A stretch of DNA of 64,000 nucleotides from the NCBI GenBank assembly GCA_963781545.1, contig CAWAGN010000016.1:30666-94665 (forward strand), read 5' to 3'. Below the pieces are notes generated by a model. It saw only the letters and a list, made by a program, of their open reading frames with translations, made no database searches and had not been told where the DNA came from. This stretch comes from an uncultured Actinomycetota bacterium. Its GTDB lineage: Bacteria; Actinomycetota; Actinomycetes; Propionibacteriales; Nocardioidaceae. A program made the position numbers and the translations under genes. Each line of letters opens with the position of its first letter. Within the stretch, counting starts at the first letter, position 1. Positions 1 through 9,104 of this stretch are shown here, in pieces.

Positions 1-325
1 GGTGGGCCTCGACGTCGACGGCGCCGCCGGGCGTCACGAACGCCGCCACATCGGCGATGGCGTAGTGGACGACGTAGCCGTCACCGTCGCGGGCCAGGAA
101 CATCGCCTGGTCCAGGTCCATCGCCGACGCGGGGTCGAGGGTGACGAACGCGAGGTCGGTCAGGTCCTTCTCGGGCAGCCGCGGCTGTGACGCCGCCTCG
201 GCCGCCGCGTGCTCCACGGCCTTCGGAAACCCCGGGCTGACCTTCTGCTCCTGCTGGATCGTGGTGATCCCCTTGCGGAGCTCGTCGTTGGCGCTGTCGC
301 GCACCCACAGGACACGCGCCGCCAT
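1..325 (-). CDS. RNB-domain (RNase II/R family) exoribonuclease, N-terminal part, truncated by window edge
   Basis: Manual translation from ATG at 325: MAARVLWVRDSANDELRKGITTIQQEQKVSPGFP...DLTDLAFVTLDPASAMDLDQAMFLARDGDGYVVHYAIADV. It contains the RNB catalytic motif DPxxAxDLDQA. Not in the ORF track because no stop lies inside the window. Confidence 0.85.
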   Translation of the reverse strand, partial: MAARVLWVRDSANDELRKGITTIQQEQKVSPGFPKAVEHAAAEAASQPRLPEKDLTDLAFVTLDPASAMDLDQAMFLARDGDGYVVHYAIADVAAFVTPGGAVDVEAH

Positions 326-391
326 CAGCTGGCTCCCGAGCTCGTCATGCCCGCCACGCTAGCGGGGGACCATGCGTCCTACGCTGGCGCG

Positions 392-1168
392 GTGCTGATC
401 CTGCTCCCGCCCTCCGAGGGCAAGACGGCTCCGGTGCGCGGCAACCGGCTGGACCTCGACCGGCTCTCGTTCTCCCGTCTGACCGGCGCGCGTCGGCAGC
501 TCCTCGATGCCCTCGTGCGCACCTGCACGGAGGACCCGGACGCGCTCCGGGTGCTCGGCCTGCCTCCCGGACTGGCGGCCGAGGTGGCCCGCAACGCGGC
601 GCTGCCCAGCGCGCGGACGGCTCGGGCCGACAAGGTCTACAGCGGCGTGCTCTACGAGGCCCTCGACCTCTCCTCGCTGGACGCTGCCGCGCGGCGGAGG
701 GCGACGCGCTGGCTGGCGGTGACCTCGTCGGTGTTCGGGCTGGTGCGGCCCGGAGATCCGATCCCCGCCTACCGGCTGGCCGGTGACGTGAGCCTGCCCG
801 GCCTCGGTGGGGTCGCGGCGCACTGGCGCACGCACCTCGACCCCGTGGTGCGCGAGGCGCTCGGCAGCCGGCTGCTGGTCGACCTGCGGTCCTCGACCTA
901 CGCCGCGTTCTGGCGTCCGCCGGCTGACCTGGCGAGCCGGGTCGCCACGGTGCGGGTGCTGCACGAGGTGGACGGCCGGCGCCAGGTGGTGAGCCACTTC
1001 AACAAGGCCACCAAGGGCCGGTTGGTGCGCGCCCTGCTGGAGGACGGTACGGCGCCGCGCACGCCGGCGGGTCTCGCCGATCACCTCGGCTCGCTCGGCT
1101 GGAAGGTCGAGGCCGGGACGTCGAGCGCCCGGGGCACCCCGCTCGACGTGGTCGTCGCGGAGGTCTGA
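392..1168 (+). CDS. yaaA: Peroxide stress protein YaaA (UPF0246)
   Basis: MLILLPPSEGK N-terminus, YSGVLY, SSVFGLVRPGDPIPAYRL and HFNKATKG motifs. GTG at 392 lies 6 nt after a TACGCT -10 box (leaderless). Confidence 0.9.
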   Translation: MLILLPPSEGKTAPVRGNRLDLDRLSFSRLTGARRQLLDALVRTCTEDPDALRVLGLPPGLAAEVARNAALPSARTARADKVYSGVLYEALDLSSLDAAARRRATRWLAVTSSVFGLVRPGDPIPAYRLAGDVSLPGLGGVAAHWRTHLDPVVREALGSRLLVDLRSSTYAAFWRPPADLASRVATVRVLHEVDGRRQVVSHFNKATKGRLVRALLEDGTAPRTPAGLADHLGSLGWKVEAGTSSARGTPLDVVVAEV

Positions 1169-1170
1169 GC

Positions 1171-2283
1171 TCAGCGCTCCAGGAACGGCACCTCGGTCGG
1201 ACGTGCGTTGAACAGCCGCAGCGACGCCATCGCCGGTCGGCCCTCGGGCGTGGCCGGGTAGTAGCTGAGCACGCTCACCGAGGCCGGCGAGAGCTCCAGT
1301 CGGTACAACGACTCCAGCGGTGCCCCGACGGCGTCGGCGACGAGCGTCTTGATCGGGGTGACGTGGCTGACCAGGAGCACCGTCCGCCCGTCGTACTCCT
1401 CCAGCAGCCGGTCGCGGCCGGCGAACACCCGCTCCTGCACCGCGCGGAGCGACTCGCCGCCGCCCGGAGCGTGGTCGAGGCTGCCCAGCCAGGCGCGCAC
1501 CTCGTCGGGGAACCGGTCGCGCACCTCGAGGTAGGTCAGGCCGTCCCAGCTGCCGAACTCCATCTCCGCCAGCCCCTCCTCGACCCCGATCCCGAGGCCG
1601 AGCACCTCGCCGAGGATCTCGGCCGACTCACGGGTGCGGCGCACCGGCGAGCAGACGATCGCGTCGATCCCCTCGGCGATCGGCGCCAGCCACTGTGCGG
1701 TGACCCGCACCTGGGCACGGCCCTCGTCGTTGAGACCCGGGTTGGAGCTGGCCAGTCCGCCGGAGAAGCGTTTGGCGAGCGTGTGGTCGGTGACCCCGTG
1801 ACGCACCAGCAGGAACGTGGTCGGCGCGCTGACCACGTGCTCCGCGCTGGAGGTCGGGCCGGTCGAGCCGGTCGGGGCCCCGTCGAGGGCTTCGTTGGCG
1901 AGCCGGTCGGCGTGCTTGTTGCGCTCGCGCGGCACCCAGGTGAACGAGGTGCCGTCCGGCGTCAGGCCACGGGCCTGCAGCGCCAGCGGCTTCAGGTCGG
2001 GATGCTTGACCTTCCAGCTGCCCGACATCTGCTCGACCACGAGCCTGGAGTCCATCCGCACCTCGAGGGCGGCGTCCGGAGTGTGCCGGCGGTGGAGCTC
2101 GAGGCCGGCGATCAGGCCGCGGTACTCCGCGACGTTGTTGGTCGCCACCCCGATCGTCTCGCCGCGCTCGGCGATCGTCTCGCCGGTGGCCGCGTCCTTG
2201 AGCACGGCGCCGTACGCCGAGGGGCCGGGGTTGCCACGGGAGCCTCCGTCCGCCTCGATCACGACCGAGGACGGCGAGCTCAC
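1171..2283 (-). CDS. Bifunctional RNase H / acid phosphatase (histidine phosphatase); Rv2228c-like
   Basis: N-terminal EADGGSRGNPG...TNNVAEYRGL...MDSRLVVEQM RNase HI domain followed by LLVRHG...SP..R...E..FG.WDG...LVSH..PI histidine phosphatase domain. GTG at 2283 overlaps the upstream stop (GTGA). Confidence 0.92.
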   Translation of the reverse strand: MSSPSSVVIEADGGSRGNPGPSAYGAVLKDAATGETIAERGETIGVATNNVAEYRGLIAGLELHRRHTPDAALEVRMDSRLVVEQMSGSWKVKHPDLKPLALQARGLTPDGTSFTWVPRERNKHADRLANEALDGAPTGSTGPTSSAEHVVSAPTTFLLVRHGVTDHTLAKRFSGGLASSNPGLNDEGRAQVRVTAQWLAPIAEGIDAIVCSPVRRTRESAEILGEVLGLGIGVEEGLAEMEFGSWDGLTYLEVRDRFPDEVRAWLGSLDHAPGGGESLRAVQERVFAGRDRLLEEYDGRTVLLVSHVTPIKTLVADAVGAPLESLYRLELSPASVSVLSYYPATPEGRPAMASLRLFNARPTEVPFLER

Positions 2284-3023
2284 AAGCCGGACTCCGCGGT
2301 GCGCACCAGGATCCGCTGGCACTCCTCGCAGCGGATCACCTCGTCGGACGGCGCCGCGGCCATCGCCCGCAGGTCGGCGGCGTTCATGGAGAGCCGGCAA
2401 CCGCCGCACTCCCCGCGTCGGAGCTCGGCGGCTCCGACGCCGCCCTTCTGCTCGCGGAGCCGCTGGTAGAGCGCGGCCAGGTCGGGCGGCAGGTCGGCGG
2501 CAGCGGCGGCGCGCTCGCGCTCCACGGCGGTGATCTCGTCGCGGATCGCGGCCGACTTCTGGTCCCGGGCGGCGGTGAGTGACATCGTCCGCTCCTCGAA
2601 GCCGCCCAGCTCGCCGGTCACCTTCTCCAGCTCCGTCTGCGTCTCCTCCAGCCGCTCCATGACCTCCAGCTCGGTGTCCTCGAGCGAGGTGATCCGGCGC
2701 TCCAGGGACTCGAGCTCGTGGCCCATCCGCTCGAGGTCCTTGGGGTTGGTGATCAGGCCCTGGTCCATCCGGCTGCGGTCGCGCTCGCGGCGGGTCTTGA
2801 CCTGCTCGACGTCGGCGTCGGCCTTGCGCTGCTCGGACGTGAGGTCGTCGACGGCGACCCGCAGGTCACGGGCACGGTCGTCGAGCTGTCGGCGCTGGGT
2901 CTCGTTGTCCGCGAGCTGCGCGATCTCCGGCATCGTCCGCAGCTGGTGGGAGAGGCCGTCGAGACGGGAGTCGAGCTCCTGGACGTCGAGCAGCTTCAGC
3001 TGGGCGAACGGGTCGGCTTTCAG
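2280..3023 (-). CDS. Coiled-coil protein with C-terminal C4 zinc ribbon (Rv2229c-like); probable CTG start
   Basis: KADPFAQLKLLDVQELD, long coiled coil, then CGGCRL...RCEECQRILVR. GAGGAG RBS precedes a CTG at 3023 that overlaps the Nif3 stop (CTGA). Confidence 0.88.
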   Translation of the reverse strand: MKADPFAQLKLLDVQELDSRLDGLSHQLRTMPEIAQLADNETQRRQLDDRARDLRVAVDDLTSEQRKADADVEQVKTRRERDRSRMDQGLITNPKDLERMGHELESLERRITSLEDTELEVMERLEETQTELEKVTGELGGFEERTMSLTAARDQKSAAIRDEITAVERERAAAAADLPPDLAALYQRLREQKGGVGAAELRRGECGGCRLSMNAADLRAMAAAPSDEVIRCEECQRILVRTAESGL

Positions 3024-4174
3024 GGGGTGCTCCTCTGGTTCTCCACGCGGAAGGTCCACGGGTCGGTGGGTGTCGTGCTCACGCGGATCTCCACCGTATC
3101 GCCCAGTGCGTCTGCCAGCTTCCGCTCCAGGACCGGCAGCCAGGTCCACTCGGCGGCCCAGTGCGCGACGTCGACGAGCGCCGGACCGGTGCGCTGGGCG
3201 GCGTGCTCGCGGAACTCGCTGGCGGGGTGGTGCCGCAGGTCGGAGGTCAGGTAGACGTCCGCGTCCGTGCGGCGCACCCGGTCGAGCAGGAAGTCGCCGG
3301 CGCCGCCGCACAGGGCGACCGTGCGCACGGCGGCATCGGGGTCGCCGGCGACCCGCACCCCGTGGGCGGTGGCCGGGAGCACCTCGGCGACGTGCTCCGC
3401 GAACGCCCGCAGCGTCATCGGTTCGGCCAGGGTGCCGATCCGACCCTGCCCCCGGGCTGGTTCGTCGGTGGCCGCCAGCTCGACCACGTCGTACGCCGGC
3501 TCCTCGTAGGAATGGGCCGCGCGCAACGCAGCGACCACCGCCGCCCGACGGCTCCGGGGCGCGACCACCTCGACCCGCACCTCGTCGACCACCTCGAGCT
3601 CGCCCACGGTGCCGATGGCGGGTCGGGCGCCGTCCAGCGGACGGAACCGGCCCTCCCCCTGCGACGTGAACGACGCCGAGTCGTAGGCACCGACCTGCCC
3701 CGCTCCCGCGTCGGTGAGGGCGCGCCGTACGGCGTCGGCGTCGGCGACCGGGACGAACACGACGACCTTGTCGCGCGGCTCGGTGGGGGCGGGCTCGAGG
3801 GGCGTCGCGTCCCGGAGGCCCAGCGCGAGCGCCAGCGACTCGGAGACGCCGTCCGTGGGCGCGTCCGCGTTGGTGTGCGCGGAGTAGAGCGCACAGCCCC
3901 CGGTGACCAGGTCGTGCACGAGGCGGCCCTTGGTGCTGGTCGTGGCGACGCTGTGCACGCCGCGGAGCAGCAGCGGGTGGTGCGTGACCAGCAGCTGCGC
4001 CTGCGCCTCGATCGCCTCCGAGACGGTCAGGCTGACCGGGTCGACCGCGAGCAGCACCCGCCGGACCTCGTCGTCCGGGTCCCCGCAGACCAGCCCGACC
4101 GCGTCCCAGTCCTCGGCCCAGCGGGTCGGGTACCACTCCTCCAGCAGGTCGATCACGTCACGCAGCGAGGGCAT
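3020..4174 (-). CDS. Nif3-like dinuclear metal-centre hexameric protein (YbgI/YqfO family) with PII-like insert
   Basis: AEDWDAVGL, LLVTHHPLL, YSAHTNAD, AHSYEEPAYD, YLTSDLRHH and VAHWAAEW motifs. ATG at 4174 lies 7 nt after TAGATT. Confidence 0.92.
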   Translation of the reverse strand: MPSLRDVIDLLEEWYPTRWAEDWDAVGLVCGDPDDEVRRVLLAVDPVSLTVSEAIEAQAQLLVTHHPLLLRGVHSVATTSTKGRLVHDLVTGGCALYSAHTNADAPTDGVSESLALALGLRDATPLEPAPTEPRDKVVVFVPVADADAVRRALTDAGAGQVGAYDSASFTSQGEGRFRPLDGARPAIGTVGELEVVDEVRVEVVAPRSRRAAVVAALRAAHSYEEPAYDVVELAATDEPARGQGRIGTLAEPMTLRAFAEHVAEVLPATAHGVRVAGDPDAAVRTVALCGGAGDFLLDRVRRTDADVYLTSDLRHHPASEFREHAAQRTGPALVDVAHWAAEWTWLPVLERKLADALGDTVEIRVSTTPTDPWTFRVENQRSTP

Positions 4175-4256
4175 GGGCGCGAATCTAGCGCCCGGGACGC
4201 GACCCGGGTGCCGTCGGGCCGGGACGCGACCGCGGCTTGTAACGCGGGGTTGTGGT

Positions 4257-4288
4257 CGCTGCACACGGCGACTCAGGGGTGTGCAGCG
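4257..4288. terminator. GC-rich hairpin downstream of the acyl-CoA synthetase (REP-like or terminator)
   Basis: CGCTGCACAC (4257-4266) and GTGTGCAGCG (4279-4288) form a perfect 10-bp inverted repeat. Confidence 0.55.
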
Positions 4289-4329
4289 TCCACACGCGGT
4301 GGGCAGTGGCGCCATCCGCCGACGAGCGC

Positions 4330-5859
4330 CTAGTTCACCTGGCGGTCGCGCCCCTCCCAGTACTGCTGGCGCAGCTTGAACTTCTGGAGCTTGCCGGTCG
4401 CCGTGCGGGCGAGCTCCTCACGGAACTCCACCGACGACGGCGCCTTGAACCGGGCCACCTTCGACTTCACGTAGTCGATCAGCTCCTGCTCGGTCAGCGA
4501 CGAGCCCTCCGCCTTGACCACGAGCGCCTTGATCGTCTCGCCCCACTTCTCGTCGGGTACGCCGATCACGGCGACCTCGGCCACGTCCGGGTGCGAGAAG
4601 ATCACGTCCTCGACCTCGATCGATGACACGTTCTCGCCTCCGGTGATGATCACGTCCTTCTTGCGGTCCTGGATGGTCAGGTAGCCGTCGTCGCCGATGA
4701 CGCCGCCGTCGCCGGTGTGGAACCAGCCGTTCCTCAACGCCCGCTCGGTCTCCTCCGGCTGCTCCCAGTAGCCCTCGAGGATCACGTTGCTGCGCGCGAG
4801 CACCTCGCCCTGGTCGTCGATCTTGAGCGTGACACCGAGCGCGGGCTGGCCGGCCCGCACCAGCTTCTGGGCGCGCTCCTCCGGGTCGAGGTCGTCCCAC
4901 TCCGCGCGGCGACGGTTGACCGTGAGCAGCGGTGAGGTCTCGGTCAGGCCGTAGATCTGCACGAACTCCCAGCCCAGCTCGGCCTCGACCCGGGCCACGG
5001 TCTTGGTGGGCGGAGGCGCGCCGGCCACGATGATCCGGGTGCGGTCGCGGCCCGGGATCTCGCCGTCCCAGTCCGGGGCCGCGTCCAGTACGGCGGCCAC
5101 GACCGCGGGCGCGGCGCACATGACCGTCACGCCGTACTTCTCGACGCGCCGGAGGATCTCGGTGCCGTCGATCTTGCGCAGCGCCACCTGGGGCACGCCG
5201 CAGCCGGTCATCGCGAACGGCATCCCCCAGCCGTTGGCGTGGAACATCGGCAGCGTGTGGAGGTAGACGTCCCGGTCCGTCACGCCGGCGTGGAGCGCGA
5301 ACGTCAGCGCGTTCGTCCAGATGTTGCGGTGCGTGATCTGCACGCCCTTGGGTCGCGCCGTGGTGCCGGAGGTGTAGTTGATCGTCGCGGTCGCGTTCTC
5401 GTCGGGCTCCCACGGCCTGGGGTCGACGCCCTCGACGAACAGGTCTTCGTCCTCGCCGAGGACGAAGACGTGCTCGGCCTTCACGTCGGCCAGCGAGTCC
5501 TTGAGCTCCGGGTCGAGGTAGACCACCCGCGCCCCGGAGTGCTCGACGATGTAGCCGACCTCCTCCGGCGAGAGCCGGAAGTTGACCGGGACCAGAACCC
5601 GGCCGAAGCCGCAGACGCCGAAGAACGCGGTGTAGAGCCGGGCGCTGTTGTGCGAGACGAACGCGACCCGGTCGCCCACGTCGAGCCCGAGCTGGTCGTG
5701 CTTGGCAGCCATCGCCCTCGCCAGCTCGCCGACGCGCTCGTAGCTCAGGTCGCCGAGCGAGTCGGCCGGCTGGTTCGGCTCGTCGTGGATCCCGGTGCGC
5801 TCGCCGTACACGGCTCGGGCGCGGGCGAGGAAGTCGTTGGCGCTGAACGGGACGATCAT
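4330..5859 (-). CDS. AMP-binding acyl-CoA synthetase / long-chain fatty acid-CoA ligase
   Basis: YTSGTTARPKG P-loop, QIYGLTET, WFHTGDGG, DRKKDVIITGGENV and TGKLQK motifs. Start MIVPFSANDFL at 5859 with GGAGG RBS. Confidence 0.92.
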   Translation of the reverse strand: MIVPFSANDFLARARAVYGERTGIHDEPNQPADSLGDLSYERVGELARAMAAKHDQLGLDVGDRVAFVSHNSARLYTAFFGVCGFGRVLVPVNFRLSPEEVGYIVEHSGARVVYLDPELKDSLADVKAEHVFVLGEDEDLFVEGVDPRPWEPDENATATINYTSGTTARPKGVQITHRNIWTNALTFALHAGVTDRDVYLHTLPMFHANGWGMPFAMTGCGVPQVALRKIDGTEILRRVEKYGVTVMCAAPAVVAAVLDAAPDWDGEIPGRDRTRIIVAGAPPPTKTVARVEAELGWEFVQIYGLTETSPLLTVNRRRAEWDDLDPEERAQKLVRAGQPALGVTLKIDDQGEVLARSNVILEGYWEQPEETERALRNGWFHTGDGGVIGDDGYLTIQDRKKDVIITGGENVSSIEVEDVIFSHPDVAEVAVIGVPDEKWGETIKALVVKAEGSSLTEQELIDYVKSKVARFKAPSSVEFREELARTATGKLQKFKLRQQYWEGRDRQVN

Positions 5860-5990
5860 CCGGGTGCCTCCTGGCAAGACGCGTGCGACGCCCACCACTC
5901 TAGTGAGACCCACGTTGGCCGAAGGTTGCCCTCGGATCCGGTCGGGCTGACGCCTTGATCGCTGCGGTGGCAGGACCGGGCGTCCACGAG

Positions 5991-6062
5991 TGGGCGTAGC
6001 AGGGATCGAACCTGCGACATCTGCCTTGTAAGGGCAGCGCTCTACCGCTGAGCTATACGCCC
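5991..6062 (-). tRNA. tRNA-Val(TAC); CCA not encoded
   Basis: Reverse complement GGGCGTATAGCTCAGCGGTAGAGCGCTGCCCTTACAAGGCAGATGTCGCAGGTTCGATCCCTGCTACGCCCA folds as a cloverleaf with a TTCGA T-loop and anticodon TAC. TAGTCT -10 box at 6091-6096. Confidence 0.97.
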
Positions 6063-6113
6063 GAGCCGAGTGCGGGACCGGCCGGCGCACAGACTACGGG
6101 AGCATCAGAGGGC

Positions 6114-6162
6114 AATAAAAAAGTCACGACCGCTGGCGTCTCGGGTCACCAGCGGTCGTAAC
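6114..6162 (-). terminator. Intrinsic terminator between the peroxiredoxin gene and tRNA-Val
   Basis: Minus strand GTTACGACCGCTGG-12 nt loop-CCAGCGGTCGTGAC (14-bp stem, one G-U) followed by TTTTTTATT. Confidence 0.8.
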
Positions 6163-6273
6163 AAGATCAATCATGACCGACGCGGGCCCGCGGTTCCAGC
6201 GGATGGGCCGATCCGGGCCGAAAATGGCCCGAAATGACTAGACGTGTGTGACCGGGGACACCCGAAAAGGGCC

Positions 6274-6738
6274 CTACGACACCAGGGATTTGACAGCCGA
6301 GGCGTGCGCGTCAAGGTCCCGGGCCTGACCGCGGTCGTTGTGGACCGACCACCGCACCACGCCGTCCTTGTCGATCAGGAACGAGGAACGGCTCGGCGAG
6401 CCCGTCACCTCGTCGAAGACGCCGAAGGCCGAGGCCACCTCGCCGTGCGGCCAGTAGTCGGAGAGCAGCGGGAAGAACAGGCCGTCGCGGTCAGCGAAGG
6501 CACGCTGGGTGAAGACCGGGTCGCAGGAGATCGTCATCAGCGTCGCGTCGTCGGTCTCGAAGTCCCCGAGGCGGTCGCGCAGGCCGCTGAGCTCACCGGT
6601 GCACACGCCGCTGAACGCGAACGGGTAGAAGACCAGCATCACGGCCTTGTCGCCCAGGTACGACGAGAGCCGGAACTCCTGCCGGTGCTGGTCGGAGAGC
6701 TCGAAGTCGGGGGCCCGGTCGCCCACCTGGATCGCCAC
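6274..6738 (-). CDS. 1-Cys peroxiredoxin, AhpE-like
   Basis: VGDRAPDFEL...LVFYPFAFSGVCTGEL...ISCD...LLSDYWPHG...RSSFLIDKDGVVRW. The start could also be ATG at 6780. Confidence 0.9.
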   Translation of the reverse strand: MAIQVGDRAPDFELSDQHRQEFRLSSYLGDKAVMLVFYPFAFSGVCTGELSGLRDRLGDFETDDATLMTISCDPVFTQRAFADRDGLFFPLLSDYWPHGEVASAFGVFDEVTGSPSRSSFLIDKDGVVRWSVHNDRGQARDLDAHASAVKSLVS

Positions 6739-6841
6739 GCCTGCTCCCGTCGCTGTCGAAGGTCTGTCGAAGGTCTGCATTGTGACAGGCGGGACCCCCG
6801 GCCGCGCCACACCCCGGGGGACGACGGGCGCGGTGGCGGGA

Positions 6842-8497
6842 TCAGTCCTCGTCGTCGACCAGCTCGCGCTTGAGGATCTTGCCGGTGGCGTTGCGGGGCA
6901 GCTCGTCGAGGAAGACGAAGTCGCGCGGCACCTTGTAGCGAGCCAGGTTGTCCTTGACGTGGGCCTTGAGGGTCTCGGTCATCGAGTCCGGGTCGTCCGG
7001 CTCGCCGCCGTCGAGGACCACGAACGCGCGCAGCCGCTTCCCGAACTCGTCGTCGTCGACCCCGATCGCGGCCACCTCCTGGACCTGGTCGTGGCGGGAG
7101 AGCACGTCCTCGACCTCCTTGGGGAAGACGTTCTCCCCCCCGGAGACGATCATCTCGTCGTCACGGCCCTCGACGAACAGCCGACCCTCGTCGTCGAACC
7201 GGCCGATGTCGCCGGAGCTCATCAGGCCGTCGATGCTCTCCTTGTCGCCGCCGCCGGTGTAGCCCTCGAAGAGCATCGAGTTGCCGACGAAGATCCGTCC
7301 CGGCTCCCCCGTCGGCACCTCGTTGCCGTCGTCGTCGTACAGCTTCACGACGGTGTTCACGGGCGGCTTGCCGGCGGTGGTGGGCTCGGCCCGCATGTCG
7401 GCGGGCTGGGCGATCGAGACCCAGGCGACCTCGGTCGAGCCGTAGATGTTGTAGAGGTTGTCGCCGAACTGGTCCATCCAGTCCGTGGCCAGGCTGCCGG
7501 ACAGCGCCGAGCCGGACGCGGCGACCACCTCCAGCGAGGACAGGTCGTAGGAGTCCAGCGTGTCCTGCGGGAGCTTGAGAATCCGCTGCAGCATCACCGG
7601 GATCACCACCAGCGACTCGCACTGGTTGTCCTGCACCGTCTTCAGGCAGGTCTCCGGGTCGAACTTGCGGGTGAGCACGCAGGTGCTGCCGAGCAGCATC
7701 GCCATGCTCAGGTGCGCCCAGCCCCAGGTGTGGAACAGGGGTGCGGCGATGTGGGTCCTCCAACCGGACCTCAGCGGCATCCGCGAGAGCAGCGCGACCG
7801 CCGCGCTCAGGTTGCCGCCCCCGCGCGGCGCGCCCTTGGGGGTGCCGGTGGTGCCGGAGGTCAGGATCACCGCCCGCGCCTCCTTGGCCGGTGCCTTGCG
7901 CGCCCTCGGCTCCCCCTTCTCGATCAGGGACTCCAGGGTGTCGAGGTCGCCGGCGTCGTCGTCGACCCAGGCCAGGATCCGCCGCTGCTCGACCCCGGCC
8001 TTGTCGATCAGCTCCGTGAACTCCTGGTCGTGGATGATCACGCTCGGCTTCTCACGCTCGCAGACCTCACCGAGCTGGGGGGCGGCGAAGGCCGTGTTGA
8101 GGTAGAGCATGTCGGCGCCGAGCTTTGCCGCCGCGAGCGAGGCGTCGAGGAAGCCGCGGTGGTTGCGGATCAGGATCGCCACCCCGTCGCCCTCGCCCAC
8201 ACCGAGCCCGGACAGCGAGTCGGCCAGCGCGTTGCTGCGCCGCTCGATCTCGCCGAAGGTCAGCTCGCCGAGCTCGTCGATCACCCCGACCCGGTCGGGG
8301 AAGCGCAGGGCCACGGACTTGAAGCCGCCGGCCACGCCCATGCCCCACTGCCGCAGCGCCACGACCACGCCACCGAGAGCGACAGGTGAGTGCGGACGGA
8401 TGACGCCGGACTCGGTGAGCACCTTCAGCGCCATCGCAGGCGTCAGCGCCTTGTCCAGGATGCTCTTGGCCACCCCGGGACCGAGAAGGGTCGCCAC
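6842..8497 (-). CDS. Acyl-CoA synthetase (FadD2/FadD12-like); start uncertain (8497, 8473 or 8433)
   Basis: LTSGTTGTPKGA, NIYGSTEV, SSGDIG, GRDDEMIVSGGENV and NATGKILK motifs. GTG at 8497 overlaps the DUF3052 stop (TAGTG). Confidence 0.88.
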   Translation of the reverse strand: MATLLGPGVAKSILDKALTPAMALKVLTESGVIRPHSPVALGGVVVALRQWGMGVAGGFKSVALRFPDRVGVIDELGELTFGEIERRSNALADSLSGLGVGEGDGVAILIRNHRGFLDASLAAAKLGADMLYLNTAFAAPQLGEVCEREKPSVIIHDQEFTELIDKAGVEQRRILAWVDDDAGDLDTLESLIEKGEPRARKAPAKEARAVILTSGTTGTPKGAPRGGGNLSAAVALLSRMPLRSGWRTHIAAPLFHTWGWAHLSMAMLLGSTCVLTRKFDPETCLKTVQDNQCESLVVIPVMLQRILKLPQDTLDSYDLSSLEVVAASGSALSGSLATDWMDQFGDNLYNIYGSTEVAWVSIAQPADMRAEPTTAGKPPVNTVVKLYDDDGNEVPTGEPGRIFVGNSMLFEGYTGGGDKESIDGLMSSGDIGRFDDEGRLFVEGRDDEMIVSGGENVFPKEVEDVLSRHDQVQEVAAIGVDDDEFGKRLRAFVVLDGGEPDDPDSMTETLKAHVKDNLARYKVPRDFVFLDELPRNATGKILKRELVDDED

Positions 8498-8916
8498 TAG
8501 CGCGACTTCGGTGCGACCAGCTTGGTCGCCGACCAGTCCTTGCTGACCGAGACGGTGGTGGTGGTGGAGAGCCCGGCGATCGGGGCTCCCTCGGCCACGT
8601 CGGAGGCGTCGACCGCGTTGGGCCGTCCGACCTTCGGGGTCATCAGCCAGATCGCGCCGCCACCGACCAGGTCGGTCAGGGAGTCGACCAGCGCGTCCAC
8701 GAGGTCGCCGTCGTCCTTGCGCCACCAGAGGACCACCGCGTCGACCACGTCGCCGTGGTCACCGTCGACCATGTCACTGTCGATCGCGTCCTCGATCTGG
8801 ACGCGCACGTCGTCGTCGACGTCCTCGTCCCAGCCCAGCTCCTGGACAACCATCCCGGGCTTGAAACCCAGCCGTTCACCGGCATGCAGGTCCGCACCGC
8901 CCGCGGTCGCGCTCAC
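8497..8916 (-). CDS. DUF3052 family protein
   Basis: RLGFKPGMVVQELGWDEDVDD...DAVVLWWR..DGDLVDALVD...IWLMTPKVGR; usual syntenic position divergent from aceE. Confidence 0.88.
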   Translation of the reverse strand: MSATAGGADLHAGERLGFKPGMVVQELGWDEDVDDDVRVQIEDAIDSDMVDGDHGDVVDAVVLWWRKDDGDLVDALVDSLTDLVGGGAIWLMTPKVGRPNAVDASDVAEGAPIAGLSTTTTVSVSKDWSATKLVAPKSR

Positions 8917-9104
8917 GTGACTGCCTCCACTTCAGGTCCATCGGTCCGCCACTGGTCGTCGCGGATCGTGGTGGTAGTCCACCGGAGTCCAGCCCCGGAC
9001 GCAACCCTGGTCCGCTCAGACGTGGGGGGTTTGCGCGGAAGTGTCGATCTCCGGCTACCCCAGGGTAGATTTCGTGGGCGCGGCGGAAGTGCAACGATGA
9101 GTGG

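Noticed and set aside
6154-6165. GGTCGTAACAAG resembles the 16S rRNA 3' conserved segment
   Set aside because: Only 12 nt, and part of the terminator stem; no other rRNA sequence nearby.
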